Shown here in pieces: positions 7,626 through 14,669 of a DNA stretch of 14,669 nt. Under the pieces are notes generated by a model. That model did no database searches. It worked only from the letters and a program-made list of their open reading frames with translations, and had not been told where the DNA came from. Numbering within the stretch: the stretch's first letter is position 1; every line of letters begins with the position of its first letter. Position numbers and translations under genes: made by a program. Source of the DNA: Pseudobdellovibrionaceae bacterium (GTDB lineage: Bacteria; Bdellovibrionota; Bdellovibrionia; Bdellovibrionales; Bdellovibrionaceae); contig JBGGMM010000086.1 of the NCBI GenBank assembly GCA_041288045.1, forward strand, positions 1-14,669, written 5' to 3'.

Positions 7626-8530
7626 AGCTCGCTCTTATTCGAGGGGGTCAGTTCCTGATCAGTTTTCTGACCCTGTTGCTTTTGACTTTCACACTTTTAA
7701 AGTTCTTTCCTGGCAGTCCTCTGAACGATGATCGAAATCTGGATCCTCAAGTCTTTCAATCACTGCAAGAATTCTATGGTCTGAACAAAGGGCTGCCGGA
7801 ACAGTTGAGTGTCTATTTGCACCGTGTTTTTTCCGGCGATCTTGGAGCCTCCATGCACTATGTGGGGCGTTCGGTGAATTCATTGATTTTTGAGTTTGGC
7901 CGAACTTCGATGTCACTCGGGCTTGTCGCTTTCGCTTTGGCTTTGATTGGAGCTTTCTTGTTTTCAATTTCCAGTCGCTATTGGCCAAAGTGCAAAGACA
8001 AAGCGGATTTTTCTCTTTTGGTTTTGATGTCAGTGCCCAGCTTGGCATTGGGACCCTTGTGTATCTGGTTTTTTGGATTTTATTTGCAGCTTCTGCCAGT
8101 GGCTTTATTAGAAACCCCCAGCAGTTACTTGTTGCCACTTTTCATTTTGTCTTTAAAGCCGATGATCTCTTTGTCCCGGGTTCTTTCGAGCAGCTTGGAT
8201 TTGTCTCTTCAGGAAAAATACATTCAAACAGCGCGGGCCATGGGATACAGCGAATGGCGCATTCTCAGTCGGTTTGCGATGAGAAACTCTTTGACCAGTT
8301 TTCTTTCACAGGCAGCACCTCTGTTTGCCAGCTTGATTTCAGGAAGCTTCCTGGTTGAAGTTCTTTTTGCGATTCCCGGGTTGGGATATCATTTTATTGA
8401 AAGTGTGCTGAATCGCGATTGGCCGATGATTCTCGGTCTGACCCTGGTCTATGGCGGAGTGCTCATGCTCTCGCAATTGCTGGCCGATCTGCTGATCCTC
8501 ATCGCCGACCCGAGAGTGCAGGATTTATGA
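7610..8530 (+). CDS. oppB: Peptide ABC transporter permease, OppB/DppB family
   Basis: N-terminus LLLTFTLLKFFPGSP...YGLNKGLPEQ...GDLGAS, EAA loop EKYIQTARAMG, and SGSFLVEVLFAIPGLG...NRDWPMILG...DPRV. Multiple TM segments. Confidence 0.9.
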   Translation: MGRLIKLALIRGGQFLISFLTLLLLTFTLLKFFPGSPLNDDRNLDPQVFQSLQEFYGLNKGLPEQLSVYLHRVFSGDLGASMHYVGRSVNSLIFEFGRTSMSLGLVAFALALIGAFLFSISSRYWPKCKDKADFSLLVLMSVPSLALGPLCIWFFGFYLQLLPVALLETPSSYLLPLFILSLKPMISLSRVLSSSLDLSLQEKYIQTARAMGYSEWRILSRFAMRNSLTSFLSQAAPLFASLISGSFLVEVLFAIPGLGYHFIESVLNRDWPMILGLTLVYGGVLMLSQLLADLLILIADPRVQDL

Positions 8531-9345
8531 AAAAGCTGTCTTTGTTTTTTCTCATTTGTCTTGGGCTGGGAACTTTCTGGAGTTTTCTCAATTTGGATGC
8601 GGGAACTGTGACGGATGTGAATCTGGCTCTTGAAAAGCCGTCGTTGGAGGCCTTGCTGGGAAGAGATTCCTTAGGCCGGGATCTTTTGATGCGCATTTTG
8701 CAAGGCGCGCAAGTGTCTGTGGGTCTTGGAATCGCCAGTTCGCTCATGGCCCTGTTGATTGGCTTCAGTTACGGGGCTTTCTCAGCTCTGGGGACAAAAA
8801 GTCTGGATCATTTGCTGATGCGTGTGGCAGAGGTCTTGATGTCTCTTCCCTCACTGATGCTCATGGCAGTGCTGGCGATGGTTCTTCAAACGCAAATTTT
8901 TGAAAGCAACCTAGTGCTCATTTTTTGGGTTTTAGCTCTGGGCTCGTGGATGCCCATCGCGCGCCTCACCCGCAATTTGATCGTGAAAGAAAAATCCCAA
9001 GAATACGCCGAAGCCGCCCGAGCCATCGGCGCAGGCCCTGTCAGAATTTTTTTGAAGCATCTACTCCCAAATCTGGCTTCACCTTTGATTGTGTACTGGA
9101 GCCTCCAAGTCCCGCACGCACTTTTGGCTGAGGGGCTCTTAAGTTTTCTCGGTTTTGGAGTGAAATCCCCCGGAGTGAGCTGGGGAGCTCTATTGCAAGA
9201 GGGCTGGAAAACCTTGGCCCAATTCCCCCATTTGCTCTTAGCCCCCTCAGCTTTTCTGTTTCTCACAATTTTATCCATCAATTTCCTCTTAGAAGATTTC
9301 CGAAAATCCATGGACCCAAAACTAAAGTGGGAAAAGCTTCCTTAA
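8527..9345 (+). CDS. oppC: Peptide ABC transporter permease, OppC/DppC family
   Basis: LLGRDSLGRDLLMRILQGAQVS, EAA loop QEYAEAARAIGA, and EGLLSFLGFGV...SWGALL. The start is placed at ATG 8527 (ATGA overlap with the oppB stop). Confidence 0.9.
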   Translation: MKKLSLFFLICLGLGTFWSFLNLDAGTVTDVNLALEKPSLEALLGRDSLGRDLLMRILQGAQVSVGLGIASSLMALLIGFSYGAFSALGTKSLDHLLMRVAEVLMSLPSLMLMAVLAMVLQTQIFESNLVLIFWVLALGSWMPIARLTRNLIVKEKSQEYAEAARAIGAGPVRIFLKHLLPNLASPLIVYWSLQVPHALLAEGLLSFLGFGVKSPGVSWGALLQEGWKTLAQFPHLLLAPSAFLFLTILSINFLLEDFRKSMDPKLKWEKLP

Positions 9346-9879
9346 AGCCGAACAGGCAGAGTCGTGGAGCCGAATTTTCAATTCAATTCGACTCTTCAGG
9401 GCTGAAGGCTCCTTTTTCGGCCGTGAAATCGGACCTCGAGCTTCCATCTGATTGAGAATCAGGTATTCCACCACAGATTTAAAATCCCGACCCCATGAAA
9501 TAATGCGGGTAAAGGGGCGAAGGATGAAAAGTGTTTTCAAGTGAGGTTTTTTCGCTCTGACTTTTGCGGCGAGAATCGAGCAAAGAGATCTGATGAATTG
9601 GTTGTAGTTCTCTCGCTCTTTGAGCTTGATGATCATATGGATGTGGCTCCAATTAACAGCAAGTCCATAAATTTTCACATTGAATTTCCGAGCCTGATTG
9701 TGAATGAGCTTCTCCAAAGAAAGATTGCCGGGAGAAAAAACTAACTTCTCACAAGCTTTCAAAACAAGGTGTAAGGGCTGCTTTGTAGAAAGCGGCCTTT
9801 TTGCTTTTCTTTTCCCTTTAAGAAGCTCACCACCGAATGATTTCATGTTTTTCATATTGGAGTCTGTTTTTTGTTTCAT
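9322..9879 (-). mobile_element. HUH/Y1 tyrosine transposase (IS200/RAYT-like, Y1_Tnp fold)
   Basis: Strand motif PLHLVLK, KFNVKIYGLAVNWSHIHMII with HUH (HIH), and RPFTRIISW...VVEYLILNQMEA with the catalytic Tyr in a YxxxN helix. Likely start ATG 9879 (MKQKT). No tnpB follows. Confidence 0.8.
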
Positions 9880-10169
9880 AGTGAAAGAGTTGTAACACGA
9901 GTTTTTTGAGAGCATTTTCACAGATTGAGAGAGTGCCTAGAAAACAAAACCGTAAAAGCCATAGGACCTTCGCCCCAAAGCGATCTCAAAGAAAATTTCA
10001 GAAATTCCGAAATCAAAAAAATCTTCACTTAAATCCAAAAGGAGGAGGAAAAAAACGACGTCAAATCTTTTCTCAACATTTTTATAACTGCGATGATTCC
10101 CCGAGATTCAGGACGGACATACCTACGTTTACCCTCGGCACCGCCGTGTTCGAACCACAGATTAGCGTC

Positions 10170-10967
10170 TTAAACCGAGAGCGCATTCCCCGATTGAGAA
10201 GAAGGCAACTCCCCCTGAAAAGCGCTCTTGGTCCGAGGATTCCATTTGCTGAGGAAAATTTGGCCGTCTTTGACTGTGATGAAAGGAGTGCCGATCAGCC
10301 AGCTTCCGCTGTTGAAATAGCGGCCGCCGGATTTCAGTTCGACTTCTCCGGCGTGATGAGTGTGACCAAAAATCACAGCATCGAAGCCTCTTTGGCAGAG
10401 CTCATTGGCGGCTTCGGCAAAAGCGGAATGCTCACCCATGATGCCATTGATCGATTTTTTCCAGATGTACTTGGATTTGAATTTTTCAAAAGCAATCCAA
10501 GACCGATACAGGCTGGGGTGGACTTTCAAGGCAAAGCCCCCAAGCCAAGTCAAAAATTCATAGAGCTCGGGATTTTTCACAAAGAAAGGATCATAGAGAT
10601 GACCATGCTCAATTCGAACCCGAAGATTTTGAGACCAGACATTTAAAAAGGGCGCCATTTTAAATCCGCCCCAATCGTCCAGAAAATTTTCAAGGACGAT
10701 ATCGTGATTGCCAATGACATAATAAAGATTCCGGCCACGACTGGAAAACTGTTTCATAGCCCGAAAGACTTCAGGAACTTCGCGAGCAATCTTGGTAAAA
10801 GAGACTTGGGCGATTTCAAAGCCATCGCCATTGATCACAACATCATAGCCTTGGGCCGAGGCCCAATTGAGAAATTCAACAGCCGGGTGCTTGGCATTTG
10901 AAAAAGGATTTCCCAAATGCAGATCAGAAATAATCACCAGATTTTGGTTTTTAATTTCAGTGATCAT
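10170..10967 (-). CDS. Calcineurin-like metallophosphoesterase, YbbF/LpxH-like (UDP-2,3-diacylglucosamine diphosphatase family)
   Basis: All five metal-binding motifs are present: SDLHLG, NGDGFE, GNHD, EHGH and FGHTH, plus NSGSW. The start is placed at ATG 10967 (MITEIK), an ATGA overlap with the upstream stop. Confidence 0.88.
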   Translation of the reverse strand: MITEIKNQNLVIISDLHLGNPFSNAKHPAVEFLNWASAQGYDVVINGDGFEIAQVSFTKIAREVPEVFRAMKQFSSRGRNLYYVIGNHDIVLENFLDDWGGFKMAPFLNVWSQNLRVRIEHGHLYDPFFVKNPELYEFLTWLGGFALKVHPSLYRSWIAFEKFKSKYIWKKSINGIMGEHSAFAEAANELCQRGFDAVIFGHTHHAGEVELKSGGRYFNSGSWLIGTPFITVKDGQIFLSKWNPRTKSAFQGELPSSQSGNALSV

Positions 10968-11437
10968 TTCACCAGCCTTGGGCTTCCAGCGACTTGAAAT
11001 TCGCTGCTTTGCAGGATCGTCTTCAGTGAATCCAGACTGGCATCGTCTTTGTTGAGCTCCCAAAGCAGAGCATCGTTGGTGCGACGGATTCTTTTGGAAA
11101 AAGCCTGCAACATTTCAAAAGCAAAAGTGGGGTCTCGCCTGATTTTCAAAAGAAAGCCTCCAGGTTGAATGACCAACAGCTTTGTTCTTCCTTTGGCCCG
11201 AGCAGTGGCACTTCGCGGAAGAGATTCAAGCAAGGACATCTCGCCAACAAACTCGCCTTTTTTCAAAACAGCCAAAGTGATTTCGCCTTGCGAGGTTTTT
11301 TTACTGACAACCACTTCACCTTCAGTGACCACATACATCTCACGGCCTTCATCACCCTCGGAAAAAATGACATCGCCGTCTTCAATGATCAGCTGACTTT
11401 CTTGGGAAAATCGAAAATTGGATTCAAGATTAAGCAT
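10964..11437 (-). CDS. Stand-alone cyclic nucleotide-binding domain protein (no HTH)
   Basis: GDVIFSEGDEGREMYVVTEGEV...GEFVGEMSLLESLPRSATARA is a canonical CNBD. A C-helix (FAFEMLQAFSKRIRRTN) and short tail follow. Confidence 0.92.
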   Translation of the reverse strand: MLNLESNFRFSQESQLIIEDGDVIFSEGDEGREMYVVTEGEVVVSKKTSQGEITLAVLKKGEFVGEMSLLESLPRSATARAKGRTKLLVIQPGGFLLKIRRDPTFAFEMLQAFSKRIRRTNDALLWELNKDDASLDSLKTILQSSEFQVAGSPRLVK

Positions 11438-11444
11438 AGATTTT

Positions 11445-11472
11445 ATGATAGCTGAGGCACTGAAAAAGTCGA
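11445..11472 (-). promoter_or_regulatory. Putative promoter TCGACT-N16-TATCAT, probably giving a leaderless mRNA for the cNMP/phosphoesterase pair
   Basis: Minus strand reads TCGACT TTTTCAGTGCCTCAGC TATCAT AAAATCT ATG. The -10 box is 7 nt from the ATG and there is no Shine-Dalgarno. Confidence 0.6.
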
Positions 11473-11479
11473 GTCGACC

Positions 11480-12943
11480 CTAACTCAAACTGGCCTTCGG
11501 TGCCTGGTAACCGCCAAAACCTGTCTCAAGCATAGAAGCCACAGACAAACACAAATGGTCTTGATCTTCGGCCGCCACGACTTGAAGACTCAATGGAAGG
11601 CCCTCGGAAGAAAGTCCCATTGGCACTGCCGTTGACGGAAATCCCAATGCATTGATGACTCCAGTGCAAATAAAATCAAAAGGTCGAGTGTATGTCGAAT
11701 GCAGCAGCGGAGCTTTGCGCGGATGGGTTGGCATCAGGATCACGCCATTTCGGCCCAACATCCGGCTGAGCTGAGATTTGAACTTTTGAAGGTCTAGCAG
11801 ACGATCATCGATCAGCTCCCGTTCGGCCACCATTTGATCCAGAAATCCAGTCAATAAAGAGGGCAGAGTGTATTTTCGCCGACCCAGCATCAAGCGCAGA
11901 AATTCTTTGTGATAGCTCAGGGGTTCGCCAGCTGAGAGATATTTTGTAAATTCTTGCGCTTCAATGGACCAAGCTCGCGCTGTCCAAAAATCAAGCCCTC
12001 GTAAAAAAAGTTTGGAATCCGCCTCTTCAACGGAAGATCCCAATTCTTTCAAATACCGAGCGGCATGTTGGACACTTCTGGAAATGTCGTCTTCAGTTTC
12101 TGAAACACCATGGATGCGAGGGGAAGGTAAGAAAAAAACTTTCAGGAATTCAGGGTCTTTCACCAAAGACTGAAAACGAAAATCCGTTTTTGTGTTCTGA
12201 TCAATTTCATCGGGACCCACTATCAACCGAAACAGAATCTCAAGATCAGCTGCTGAGCGGGCCAAAGGGCCCATCACGGTGAAAGGATATTTTTTCCCGA
12301 CAATTTCATGCGCCGTTTCGGGGTAAAGCGGGAAGTGCCCAGTCAAAGGAACCACTCGGTCCGAAGGCTTGTGGCCAAAAATCCCACAAAAAGCAGCTGG
12401 AAGGCGAATAGATCCGCCAATGTCACTGCCAATCCCAAAAGCCGAAGCTCCAGCGCTGATAATAGCACCTTCGCCCCCAGAGCTGCCACCGCAAGTTCGT
12501 TTCAAATCATAGGGATTGCGAGTCTCACCGTAAACGACATTGTCACATTCAAACCAAAATCCCAATTCAGGCACATTGGTGGTGCCTAGAAAAATCCCGC
12601 CGGCCGCAAGAATTCGATCAATCACGCTGGCATTGTGCTGAAGCACGCGTTCCCGGTGATGAATGGATCCCATAGTCGAGCGAAGCCCGCGATTGGCGAT
12701 CATCTCTTTGCAAGTGAAAGGCACGCCAAAAAGTGGAGGCAGATTTTTCTTTTCCTCGGCACTGAGCTTGGCAATCACTTGGTCTTTGGAACGAGCTGAT
12801 TCACGAGCTTGGTCGTAGGAAGTCTCGATCACTGCATTGAGTGTCGAATTCACTTTCTGAATTTGAGAAATATGTTCTTCAACAACTTGAAGAACCGTTT
12901 TTTCTTGGCTTCGAATTTGAGCGGCAATTTCATAAGCCTTCAT
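11480..12943 (-). CDS. Amidase signature family enzyme, fatty-acid amide hydrolase (FAAH2)-like
   Basis: PLFGVPFTCKE (catalytic Lys), GGSSGGEGA and GSDIGGSIRLPAAFCGIFGHKPS give the Ser-cisSer-Lys triad. The CDNVVYGETRNPYD segment resembles FAAH2-type amidases rather than GatA. Confidence 0.9.
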   Translation of the reverse strand: MKAYEIAAQIRSQEKTVLQVVEEHISQIQKVNSTLNAVIETSYDQARESARSKDQVIAKLSAEEKKNLPPLFGVPFTCKEMIANRGLRSTMGSIHHRERVLQHNASVIDRILAAGGIFLGTTNVPELGFWFECDNVVYGETRNPYDLKRTCGGSSGGEGAIISAGASAFGIGSDIGGSIRLPAAFCGIFGHKPSDRVVPLTGHFPLYPETAHEIVGKKYPFTVMGPLARSAADLEILFRLIVGPDEIDQNTKTDFRFQSLVKDPEFLKVFFLPSPRIHGVSETEDDISRSVQHAARYLKELGSSVEEADSKLFLRGLDFWTARAWSIEAQEFTKYLSAGEPLSYHKEFLRLMLGRRKYTLPSLLTGFLDQMVAERELIDDRLLDLQKFKSQLSRMLGRNGVILMPTHPRKAPLLHSTYTRPFDFICTGVINALGFPSTAVPMGLSSEGLPLSLQVVAAEDQDHLCLSVASMLETGFGGYQAPKASLS

Positions 12944-12948
12944 GATCT

Positions 12949-14049
12949 TTAAACGTTGAATCGGAAAAATAGGACATCGCCGTCTTTCACGACATATTCC
13001 TTTCCTTCCACTCGATATTTCCCGGCATCTTTCACAGCCTGTTCAGATTTGAAATGAAAAAGATCTTCACAGTGGTAGGCCTCAGCGCGAATGAATCCAC
13101 GCTCGAAATCAGTGTGGATGACGCCAGCCGCTTGCGGAGCTTTTGTTCCTCTGCGAATCGTCCAGGCGCGAACTTCTTTTTCCCCAGCAGTGAAGTAAGT
13201 CTGCAGTCCCAACAGCTGATAGGCCTCACGGATCAGGCGGTTCAGGCCTGGCTCTGTCGCTCCCATGGACGAGAGAAATTCTTTTTGCTCTTCTTTTGGC
13301 AATTGAGCAATTTCAGCTTCCATGGCCGAGCAGATCATGATGGTGGTGTTGCCCTCTTCTTGCGCTCTTTTTTCAACATCGCGAACCCATTGATTTCCAC
13401 CAGCAGCGAAATCCGTATCTGAAACATTGCAGGCGTACAGAACGGGTTTGGCAGTGAGAAGGTGCAGGTCCTTTCGGAAAGGCTCTTCTAAATCATTCAG
13501 TTCCACAGAACGGGCTGGAAGTCCCTTGCTCAGAGCTTCGTAAATTTTCTGAGTCACTTCGAATTCCATTTTCAATTTTTTATCTGTGGTGGTGCGAGCT
13601 GCTTTTTCCACTCGCTTGATTTTCTTTTCAACTGAATCCAAATCAGCAAGCATGAGTTCGGTGTTGATGACTTCCATATCTCGAAGCGGATCCACAGAAC
13701 CCGAAACATGCACGATATTAGGATCATCAAAGCAGCGAACCACGTGGACGATTGCATCCGTCTGCCGAATGTGACTGAGAAATTGATTTCCCAAACCTTC
13801 CCCTTGGCTGGCGCCTTTGACGATGCCGGCAATATCGACAAACTCCATGGCTGTGGGGATGACACTTTGGGGTTTGATAAATTCGGTGATTTTATCCATT
13901 CGTGGATCGGGAACAGTGACGACTCCCACATTGGGATCAATGGTGCAGAAAGGATAATTGGCGGCTTCTGCTTTTGCCGATGTCAAAGCGTTGAAAAGAG
14001 TGCTCTTCCCAACATTCGGAAGTCCGACAATGCCCACTTGTAAAGCCAT
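12949..14049 (-). CDS. ychF: Ribosome-binding Obg-family ATPase YchF
   Basis: GIVGLPNVGKSTLFNALT, ANYPFCTIDPN, DIAGIVKGASQGEGLGNQFL and the TGS-domain end GKEYVVKDGDVLFFRFNV. Confidence 0.98.
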   Translation of the reverse strand: MALQVGIVGLPNVGKSTLFNALTSAKAEAANYPFCTIDPNVGVVTVPDPRMDKITEFIKPQSVIPTAMEFVDIAGIVKGASQGEGLGNQFLSHIRQTDAIVHVVRCFDDPNIVHVSGSVDPLRDMEVINTELMLADLDSVEKKIKRVEKAARTTTDKKLKMEFEVTQKIYEALSKGLPARSVELNDLEEPFRKDLHLLTAKPVLYACNVSDTDFAAGGNQWVRDVEKRAQEEGNTTIMICSAMEAEIAQLPKEEQKEFLSSMGATEPGLNRLIREAYQLLGLQTYFTAGEKEVRAWTIRRGTKAPQAAGVIHTDFERGFIRAEAYHCEDLFHFKSEQAVKDAGKYRVEGKEYVVKDGDVLFFRFNV

Positions 14050-14052
14050 GAT

Positions 14053-14625
14053 TCACTCCTGCGATTGATTGTACTTGGTTGAGGCTTTTGACAAGCCTTC
14101 AAATATCAGTGATTCCAGAGCATCGCCCGCTTTGTTGAGAAAGTCAGGCAGTTGCTGTTGTTCCTGCTCAGAAAACTTTTGCAAAACATAATCGGGAACT
14201 TTCATCTCTGGATGAGGAGGTCGCCCCACGCCCAGCTTCAGCCGGCAGTAATCCGAAGTCCCCAAAAGCTCATGAATATTTCGAACTCCATTGTGTCCCC
14301 CATGCCCACGGTTTTTCTGAAAGCGAAGAGAGGCAAAAGGCAAATCGATTTCATCATGAAGCACCACAAATTTTTCCAGAGGAATTTTGTAAAAGTGCAT
14401 CAGTGCCTGAACCGATTGCCCGGAAAGATTCATAAATGTCATGGGTTTCGCCAGCAAAATCTCTTCACCATCCATTTTAAATCGACAAGTATGAGCTTTG
14501 TGCTCTTCACGCCAAGGAGGAGACCCAGCACCCATGGCAAAAAGGTCAACAGCCATAAAGCCAATGTTATGGCGAGTGAGCGCATATTTTGAACCCGGAT
14601 TTCCGAGACCGACAACGAAATACAT
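14053..14625 (-). CDS. pth: Peptidyl-tRNA hydrolase
   Basis: VVGLGNPG...TRHNIGF, KPMTFMNLSG, HDEIDLP and GGHNG motifs. It sits in the classic pth-ychF arrangement. Confidence 0.98.
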   Translation of the reverse strand: MYFVVGLGNPGSKYALTRHNIGFMAVDLFAMGAGSPPWREEHKAHTCRFKMDGEEILLAKPMTFMNLSGQSVQALMHFYKIPLEKFVVLHDEIDLPFASLRFQKNRGHGGHNGVRNIHELLGTSDYCRLKLGVGRPPHPEMKVPDYVLQKFSEQEQQQLPDFLNKAGDALESLIFEGLSKASTKYNQSQE

Positions 14626-14669
14626 GAGTGATCGTTTTAGTCTATTTTCAGAGGGAAAGCGATTTTTTT

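Noticed and set aside
8419..8526. N-terminal extension of oppC in the ORF track
   Set aside because: It lies inside oppB. ATG 8527 gives a typical ATGA coupling followed directly by a TM segment.
9906..10646. 246-aa plus-strand ORF with a very basic N-terminus
   Set aside because: It has a TTG start and is mostly antisense to the well-supported metallophosphoesterase. The K/R/N bias just reflects A-rich intergenic DNA, and there are no motifs.
10170..10967. Assigning the symbol lpxH or cpdA
   Set aside because: The family motifs are clear but the substrate is not. GNHD differs from canonical LpxH GNRD and there are no lpx neighbours.
10968..11063. N-terminal extension of the metallophosphoesterase
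   Set aside because: It lies inside the cNMP gene. ATG 10967 gives an ATGA overlap and places the DLH motif near the N-terminus as expected.
3215..11437. Pycsar/CBASS-type defence system suggested by CNBD proteins and a phosphoesterase
   Set aside because: No cyclase, CD-NTase, TIR or TM effector domain is present, and the context is housekeeping.
11499..11512. GGTGCCTGGTAACC, an imperfect palindrome resembling a REP-like unit
   Set aside because: Single imperfect copy inside amidase coding sequence, about 1.6 kb from the transposase.
11480..12943. gatA call for the amidase
   Set aside because: No gatB/gatC is adjacent and the GatA-type DEFAMGSS segment is absent (NVPELGFW here).
1..14669. 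CRISPR array, rRNA, intact tRNA or long tandem repeats
   Set aside because: The window is nearly fully coding, and I saw no regularly spaced repeats or complete cloverleaf by eye.

Overview
A mostly housekeeping bacterial chromosomal window, probably from a Bdellovibrionota-like predator. That assignment is inferred from gene content: secreted Cys-rich hypotheticals, an RxPAS tail, a TPR-Slt and a short Y1 transposase with an FGG-LL/RPLS N-terminus. Gene order: 3' part of glpK (+); a minus-strand block of radA, a stand-alone cNMP-binding protein, a 170-aa secreted protein and a 746-aa secreted Cys-rich helical protein; a divergent plus-strand operon of a TPR-soluble lytic transglycosylase and OppB/OppC-type permeases; an isolated RAYT-like HUH/Y1 transposase (-) with a ~290-bp intergenic flank; and a minus-strand run of pth, ychF, a FAAH-like amidase, a second cNMP-binding protein and a YbbF/LpxH-like metallophosphoesterase. 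The most notable observations are: (1) an identical bipartite promoter-like motif, TCGACTTT-N12-GCTATCAT, in front of both slt and the cNMP/phosphoesterase pair; (2) two HTH-less cNMP sensors, each tightly coupled to a different downstream module; (3) an uncharacterised secreted 746-aa protein with a possible membrane-inserting hairpin; (4) a radA/slt divergent gap of only ~25-40 bp. No rRNA, intact tRNA or CRISPR array was seen.
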